DNA of 21,934 bases from an uncultured Acidobacteriota bacterium (GTDB lineage: Bacteria; Acidobacteriota; Thermoanaerobaculia; Multivoradales; JAHEKO01): the NCBI GenBank assembly GCA_963713825.1, contig CAVQNG010000035.1, positions 1 to 21,934 on the forward strand, in the 5' to 3' direction. This document shows positions 17,101 through 21,934 of the stretch, one piece after another. The stretch's first letter is position 1. Each line of letters begins with the position of its first letter. Made by a program: the position numbers and the translations under genes. Under the pieces are notes generated by a model, which was not told where the DNA came from, ran no database searches, and saw only the letters and a program-made list of their open reading frames with translations.

Positions 17101-18982
17101 CACCCGGACCGTCGACGCGCTCGACCGGCTCATGACTGTGACCTATCCCACAGACACTGACCTCGACACGACGTTTACTTATGATGAGAACCTGGGAGAT
17201 GTCTCAAACATTGCCATCGGGAGACTCGTGAAGATCGAGCGTGGCAGCCAGCCGCCGGTTGTCTACCACTGGGACCAGTTTGGGCGAAGGACCCGAGACG
17301 GCGAGCTGGGGTATGGGTACGACGACAACGGCAACCGCACCTCGATTGCCTACCCCGGCAGCAGCGTTGTGACCTATACCCACGACTTTGCCGATCGGCC
17401 GAGGTCTCTCGAGGTCCAGATCGGGGAGAGCACGTCCCAGACCCTCGTGAGCGACGCCAGCTATGGCCCCAGCGGCCCCCTGACTGGCTTGACCTTCGGC
17501 AACGGTCTAAGCGAGACACGGACGTTCGACGGGCGGTATTATCCCGATGCCGTGCAGGTCTCCGACCCCAGCACGCTGCTCAGTTGGGACTACACTGTCG
17601 ACAAGGTGGGCAACGTGACTTCCATCGCCGACGGCCTCAACAGCTCCAACGACCGCAGCTTCGGCTATGCCCCCGTCCATTACTTCCTCGAGTGTGCCGC
17701 GGGACCCTGGAGTCCTCTCGGTTCGAGCTGTGACCCTGTAACGGAGAGTCCACGGCTCTGGGAGTACGACAGGATCGGCAATCGGACGAGGGCCGAGAAT
17801 CTCCCCACCATGGGACCCGATGAGACCTACCTCTACGAGCCGAGCTCGGGCTCCGGGAACTCGCCCCTGCTCGATGCCATCGATCCGGATCCGGTGGACG
17901 GCACCCGCTACTACTACACCTTCGACGCCTCCGGCAACCTCACCCAGGTGGATCGGAGCGGCAATGTCATCGACTTCACCTGGGATGAAGCGGGGCGACT
18001 CCAACGGGCCGAGCGCACTGCGGCGGATGAGGCCGTAACCTTCACCTACGATGGCCGCTCCTTCCTGAGCCTGGCCGCCGAGGATGCGGACCCACCGCCC
18101 CCGGAAAGCCTTCCCTTCAGCGATGGCTTCGAGAGTGGGGACCTTTCGGCATGGTCTTCCTGTGTCGGTGGACCTGGCTGTGGCACGACCGTGCGCAGTG
18201 TCGTGCCCACCTACAGCTCTGAAGGTCTGCTCTACGCCTTGGGAGACGAGAGCGGCTACGCGGAAGTGTTCTACTTCGCAGGGAGACCCGTAGCCCAGGT
18301 CGACACAGCAGGGCCTGATCCAGAGTGGACCGTTTTGACCACGGATCACCTGGGGACTCCGATCTTTGCGGCAGATCTCGATGGAATCGAGCTCTGGCAG
18401 GGCGGATTCGAGCCCTTCGGTGAGGACTACGCGGATGCTCAAGGGATGGGGATCTTCCTGCGCCTGCCCGGTCAGTGGGAGGATTCCGTCTGGCAGGCCG
18501 CCATCGACGGGGCACCGCTCTACTACAACGTTCACCGCTGGTATGAGTACGGAACGGGGAGGTATACGAGGGTGGATCCGACCGGCCTATTGCCAGACCT
18601 GGACCTCCTACAGTATCCGGCAACCCGACAGGCGCCGCGCAGCCAATTCACTTGGGCCTTGGAGAATGTGGTTCACCCCTATGGGTACGCTCGCGAGAGC
18701 CCACTCGTATACCTCGATGTCAACGGCGCCAATCCACTCAAGTACCTTGATCCCAGATGTATCTTCTGGGGAATTGTCTGCATTAAGAGCTCTACTAACT
18801 GCAGGGAACGCTGGGAGTGCATCTTCCGCGAAAACCCGGAGGCGGCGCCAACCTATTTCCAAGAGGTGGGCGTGAGCAGCTTCTCAGGGTTCTACTTTGA
18901 GGTCTGCCTCAATATTCCATCCTGCAGGAAGGCCCTCCGATACTGCGGGAAGGTGCCGGGGCTCCCCAAGCCGACGAGGTAG
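14180..18982 (+). CDS. rhs: Rhs/YD-repeat polymorphic toxin with N-terminal signal peptide
   Basis: 1600 aa; RBS aggagg; signal peptide; Cys-rich N-domain; many YD repeats; core DHLGTP, LRLPGQ, YYNVHRWY...GRYTRVDP; short Cys-rich C-terminal tip. Confidence 0.95.
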   Translation: MTRSACSRLTNRTPAAARKLLFRLAGICLLLIIPARLIAQVCSPEVGYNIDLAVRPGAIFEEENCSQYSIYSHCYEGEFSALRYEVIPSECNPEDETCSVRAVQSIDLPGLSQNDFEPCCTPALIFWESSAGATVARCGFQYAQIRDDLVDARITGGGFSCSEPDELVTADTYTITAITCPEDAFGCDKTVETSLPFTGAAVAAALCPPPPPKDECSDCETCPAGDSGTSVAGGGPSLTPDQSGPGATLRYRAGGVGHQGYPGSTEWTSALGRYWSHDYAERIVPDPQTGDETHVWLITKHGSFREFQDLGVGNTYDTNSPSDEYRTLEWLGAGLGWELHDLDGTVQSFDSSGHWTQTVDRNGNATEAHYDAFDRLEWVGFPDERREDFTYHTSGKLESITEVGVDGTTMRTWLYTWVSDDLTRIERPDGTALELFYEDPSFPSYLTRMELVGTSGGRRIERAWSYDGEGNVEKTWRGALNFTDEDAVDQWSLAFDNPQFPTVTELTDPLGGTATYTLERDTASLKAKVMTISGDCPSCSLGPNSQLFYEDPDHPLLVTRKIDGKGNETHFTYTTEGQVESKTEAFGTALLRTTDWQYDSNFPALVTLIRVPSTSGSSYRETAMSYDPVTGDMDWMEVRGFEELDGQPPLDFFANRTLYDYNDAGRSLTIDPPGFDPAPPGFDTDEVVFTYDSDRGDLIPETRADPEVGITSFGYDPFNRRTEVTDPNGVTTKTTYDDLNRVTSVIQGFGSGDELVTSHTYTQFGDLFRTTLPRGNLIEYGYDATGRLESIERKPDATTPGERTFWIVDNAGNRTTEKLQSWSGTWQTQSETDYQYTSRCQLDKVIRAPGTAEESVTEYAYDCNGNLEQVWDANHPSAGQSAPATQTYSYDELNRLKSVTQPWEGGGDATTTYGYDVQDHLTSATDAEGNLTTYTYSDRDLLTKEISPASGTTTYTYNEHGELLTETDPRGITITRTVDALDRLMTVTYPTDTDLDTTFTYDENLGDVSNIAIGRLVKIERGSQPPVVYHWDQFGRRTRDGELGYGYDDNGNRTSIAYPGSSVVTYTHDFADRPRSLEVQIGESTSQTLVSDASYGPSGPLTGLTFGNGLSETRTFDGRYYPDAVQVSDPSTLLSWDYTVDKVGNVTSIADGLNSSNDRSFGYAPVHYFLECAAGPWSPLGSSCDPVTESPRLWEYDRIGNRTRAENLPTMGPDETYLYEPSSGSGNSPLLDAIDPDPVDGTRYYYTFDASGNLTQVDRSGNVIDFTWDEAGRLQRAERTAADEAVTFTYDGRSFLSLAAEDADPPPPESLPFSDGFESGDLSAWSSCVGGPGCGTTVRSVVPTYSSEGLLYALGDESGYAEVFYFAGRPVAQVDTAGPDPEWTVLTTDHLGTPIFAADLDGIELWQGGFEPFGEDYADAQGMGIFLRLPGQWEDSVWQAAIDGAPLYYNVHRWYEYGTGRYTRVDPTGLLPDLDLLQYPATRQAPRSQFTWALENVVHPYGYARESPLVYLDVNGANPLKYLDPRCIFWGIVCIKSSTNCRERWECIFRENPEAAPTYFQEVGVSSFSGFYFEVCLNIPSCRKALRYCGKVPGLPKPTR
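18533..18580 (+). repeat. 48-bp Rhs core repeat (copies at 19476-19523 and 20475-20522)
   Basis: Encodes HRWYE.GTGRYTRVDP; each orphan copy is 43/48 identical to this one. Confidence 0.95.
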
Positions 18983-18984
18983 AG

Positions 18985-19422
18985 ATGCGATCAAGAGTTA
19001 TCAAGGAAGCAATCATTCTTGGCCTGCTCGGGCTTCTCGCTTACGCGGCAGTCGAGGCGATACAGGCGATACTCGGTGTCGGTCCGTTCGGAAGGGCAAT
19101 CGCTCTACTGCAGAACCCAGAACACCTGTCAGAAGCAGGCGCAGCGTCTGAGGAGTTCTTTGCAATGGGCGCCGCCCATGGTGCCCTCAATGTCTGGGTT
19201 CTGCATCCCCTGATCTTGGCAAGCCTCGCGATTCTCTACGCTCAGCGAGAAAAATCTGTATTGGGTCTACCTATCATCGCACTCCCGCTTGCGCTTGCAG
19301 GCTCCTTCCTTGCCTTCCCACTGGTACTGTACTTGCTACTAGGGTACAGCGGTTGGACCTGGGTTGTATGGTGGCTCTCGCGAAGCCTCTGGGTGAAGTA
19401 CTCAGTGCCAACCAATGTTTGA
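18985..19422 (+). CDS. Putative membrane immunity protein for the main Rhs toxin
   Basis: Starts 2 bp after the rhs stop; 3-4 hydrophobic segments. Confidence 0.75.
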   Translation: MRSRVIKEAIILGLLGLLAYAAVEAIQAILGVGPFGRAIALLQNPEHLSEAGAASEEFFAMGAAHGALNVWVLHPLILASLAILYAQREKSVLGLPIIALPLALAGSFLAFPLVLYLLLGYSGWTWVVWWLSRSLWVKYSVPTNV

Positions 19423-19466
19423 TGCGCTAGGCGATCGCAAGGATTCCCGAGGTTCGGCGCCTTACT

Positions 19467-20036
19467 TACAGCCTCCACCGCTGGTACGAGCACGGGACCG
19501 GAAGGTATACGAGGGTGGATCCGCTGGGGCTCAGCGAAGGGCCGAACCTCTACGTATATGGACTAAGTAATCCGCTGCGGTACTTGGACCCCCGGGGCCT
19601 TGCCACGCTTACCTGCCAGAGACCCTTGCGAAAGCTTCCTGACGAGGGCAGGCGGAGTGGTCCCGAGTGGCCGGTCAACCCCTTCTTCCACGAGTACTTC
19701 TGCATCACAACTCCCGAGGGCGATGTCGAGTGTCACGGCCAAACCACCCCATGGAGATTTCCGTGGGGTCCTGGAGCACCAACTGAGAACGATACCCTCG
19801 ATCCTGAGAAGTGCGACGAGATAGCACCTGACGATTGGTGCTTCGAGAACTGCCTCCGGGAGCGTGCTGCGCAGCCACGGCCAACGTATGGACTTTTTGG
19901 CCCAGGCACGAACTGCCAAGAGTGGACTGGGGACGCGGTGCTAGGGTGTCGACAGAGATGCAACATCTTTCCCCCTGAGAAGGTCCCTTACTGCCAGCAA
20001 GTGCCAGATGACCCTCGCTGTATATTCAAGTATTGA
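19467..20036 (+). pseudogene. Orphan Rhs C-terminal toxin module 1
   Basis: Rhs core fragment to NPLRYLDPRG, then a Cys-rich domain with HEYF ... YGLFGPGTNCQ; no convincing RBS/start. Confidence 0.85.
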
Positions 20037-20042
20037 GGATTC

Positions 20043-20423
20043 TTGATGCGCCAATCGGAAATCGCAGCGAGAGCAGTCAGGGAGTTGTGGGTTGGTCTTG
20101 CAGTAGGTGCGCTGTGTGTAGCTCTATACGAACATAGTATGGGACGAACTGACGAGTTGGGCATAGCCCTTGGCTGGATCATGGCGTTTCTGTCGTTTCC
20201 TGCGAGCCTCCTAGGCGGTGTAATAGGAGGAGGACTCGGGTGGGTCATCTTCAAGCTAGGAGGGGGCAGCTGGATGGAAGATGTTTGGGGACTCGTACTC
20301 CTTTGGCTTGTGATGTTCGCGGTCGGATATCTACAGTGGTTTGTGATTATTCCTAGCCTTGCATCTCGCATGCGAGAGCGAAGAACTGGCCGAGCTGCCA
20401 GCTCGACAACAGGCGAGAGATGA
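20043..20423 (+). CDS. Putative membrane immunity protein 2
   Basis: Directly follows orphan CT1; hydrophobic, with LSFPAS and GYLQWF segments. Confidence 0.75.
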   Translation: MMRQSEIAARAVRELWVGLAVGALCVALYEHSMGRTDELGIALGWIMAFLSFPASLLGGVIGGGLGWVIFKLGGGSWMEDVWGLVLLWLVMFAVGYLQWFVIIPSLASRMRERRTGRAASSTTGER

Positions 20424-20468
20424 CCGGCAGTCATATCGTGTCCAGGCAACTTCTGAGTAGATTGTGTA

Positions 20469-21014
20469 AACGTCCACCGCTGGTATGAGTATGGGACCGG
20501 GAGGTATACCAGAGTGGATCCGCTGGGGATTGAAGGCGGCCAAAATGCCTTCTCCTACGCTGATAGCAGGCCTACCCTCCTTTTGGATCCGACTGGATTG
20601 GCGGTTCTTGTTTGCAGCCGGCAGGCTGGCGGTCTGTTTAGGCCGTTTCCGTTCAACCACTCCTACTTCTGGGACGATAGAGACTCTCTGCCGCCGGGGC
20701 GTCGCAGATTCTGCGGCAAAGGCCCCTCGACAACAGAGCTCGGACCGCCAGTCGGATCAGGGGGGATGGGTGACCAGTGCAGTCGAATTCCAGGGAGTGA
20801 TGGTCTGGAAGATAAGCTCATAGACTGCTGCGAGCTAGAGAAGCGAATTCACAGCGGCTGGTTTCCAGTCACGAATGACTGCCACTCTCCCCTGAAGACT
20901 TGCCAGGAGCTATTCCTCCGCAATCAGTCTCCAACTCCAGCGCCTGGCGGTCGGGTCGGCCCACGGTGCGTTATCTGCCCGGCTAGCCCGAGACGGTTTC
21001 CGGGGGCCCTATAG
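20469..21014 (+). pseudogene. Orphan Rhs C-terminal toxin module 2
   Basis: NVHRWYEYGTGRYTRVDP...PTLLLDPTG, then a domain with NHSYF ... WFPVTNDCH. Confidence 0.85.
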
Positions 21015-21040
21015 CCAGGACTCTTGACTGGGGGATCGAT

Positions 21041-21397
21041 TTGCAGCTGATAGGCCTACTATTGCTCGTGCTTCCGTTTGCTGTGGCGCTCGGGCTCTTC
21101 CAGAATCGGGGCAGAGCTCAGCGCCAAACTGCAGTAGTCGCCCTCGCAAGCTTGGTTACACTTGGCATCACTGCCACCTATTCTGCAGTTCTTGGCCGCG
21201 GTTCTGGTGACACTTGGCTGGGCATTGTCGTCGTGTGTCTAGCACCGTACGCCCTCGTCCTTGGCGCACTGCAACTGCCCATCTTGCGAGGTCGTCCGGT
21301 CCTGGTGTTCGTGTTCGCCCCGCTAGTGTACTTTCTTGGTCTCTTTGCCATCGTTGTTCTTGCAGTAAACGCTGGATTGGTTGGGCCGCCTTTCTGA
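21041..21397 (+). CDS. Putative membrane immunity protein 3
   Basis: Four hydrophobic segments; follows orphan CT2; TTG start after gggga. Confidence 0.7.
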   Translation: MQLIGLLLLVLPFAVALGLFQNRGRAQRQTAVVALASLVTLGITATYSAVLGRGSGDTWLGIVVVCLAPYALVLGALQLPILRGRPVLVFVFAPLVYFLGLFAIVVLAVNAGLVGPPF

Positions 21398-21564
21398 CCG
21401 AGGTGTTACAGCGCTCATCCACCGCGATGAAGGCAATAAGTTGACCGACAGGAAGCGAGCTTCACAGTCCATGTCCCTTGGCTATCCGCTGAGTGCGAGG
21501 AGAACCAATGCTAAACCTGAAAGGAAAGCCCCTTGGATCTTGGCAGAGTCGGTTCGATTTGAGA

Positions 21565-21861
21565 ATGCCCGTTGCGCAGTATGTGCTGATCCTTGCCATC
21601 TTGGCACTTCTGGGCTGTGACGGCCAGGTCTTCCTTTCGATTGCAGGCCCTCCGGAATGGGAAAGTGCCATCGTCAGACTGAATGGAATTGAAATCGCCC
21701 GGATGAAGGGCGTCAAACAAGAAGGTGAGGAGAGTTTCTCGAGCTCGGGCGCGTTCGTCAAAGTCCCGCTAGCCCGTAAGGGATTCAAACCCAAGCCGAT
21801 GGGTTCGCAGAGGCTGACGCCGGCACCTCAGCTGTGCGCCCCAAGTCGTGATCTTAGGTGA
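21565..21861 (+). CDS. Small lipoprotein, possibly truncated
   Basis: Hydrophobic stretch with lipobox LLGC; the stop codon falls within the right arm-type repeat. Confidence 0.5.
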   Translation: MPVAQYVLILAILALLGCDGQVFLSIAGPPEWESAIVRLNGIEIARMKGVKQEGEESFSSSGAFVKVPLARKGFKPKPMGSQRLTPAPQLCAPSRDLR

Positions 21862-21877
21862 CCAAGAAGGTCACCAC
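21856..21877 (+). promoter_or_regulatory. Putative integrase arm-type binding sites (right)
   Basis: AGGTGACCAA and AGGTCACCAC with 12-bp period, like 145-166. Confidence 0.6.
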
Positions 21878-21890
21878 GTCTTCCGACCAG

Positions 21891-21925
21891 CCCTGTAAAG
21901 TACTGTAAAAAATGCACTTAGCGGT
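21891..21925 (-). repeat. Right imperfect terminal inverted repeat
   Basis: Reverse complement matches 36-70 at 25/35. Confidence 0.6.
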
Positions 21926-21934
21926 TCTTACTCT

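Larger units (their letters stand above)
36..21925. mobile_element. Integrative genomic island (tyrosine-integrase element with decayed replication/mobilisation backbone)
   Basis: Integrase at left end, xis-like/helicase/repA/mobC inside, matching repeats at both ends (36-70 vs 21891-21925; 145-166 vs 21856-21877). The att core itself is not identifiable within the window. Confidence 0.75.

Noticed and set aside
15812-18535. Long antisense ORFs within rhs (415 aa and 342 aa)
   Set aside because: Typical antisense shadows of codon-biased YD-repeat genes.
18533-20522. Near-identical repeats as a DGR template/variable pair
   Set aside because: No reverse transcriptase; mismatches are mostly synonymous and not adenine-specific; explained by Rhs orphan modules.

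Overview
The window looks like one nearly complete ~21.9-kb integrative genomic island. A tyrosine integrase sits at the left end, and matching imperfect terminal inverted repeats plus paired GGTNACCA arm-type repeats occur at both ends. The backbone is partly decayed and hybrid: AlpA/Xis-like HTH, DnaB_N+AAA helicase, RepA_C pseudogene, oriT-like hairpin and mobC without a relaxase, interrupted by an IS110 element with a long 3' non-coding end. Cargo is mostly secreted proteins: (i) an unknown secreted protein plus a frameshifted metzincin protease ending in an IFSDGFESG tag; (ii) two highly diverged copies of an unrecognised two-gene module (helical secreted protein + small Cys-patterned secreted protein), one behind FNR-type boxes next to a Crp/Fnr gene, the other bracketed by a 99-bp duplicated mobC 3' end; (iii) a signal-peptide-bearing Rhs toxin carrying the same FSDGFESG tag internally, followed by membrane immunity genes and two orphan toxin/immunity modules, divergent from a LuxR-type HTH gene across three tandem palindromic boxes. 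A degenerate 24-bp repeat family punctuates the cargo boundaries. The host may be Acidobacteriota (Thermoanaerobaculia-like); this is an inference from the tag only. All family calls are by-eye motif recognition; no searches were run.
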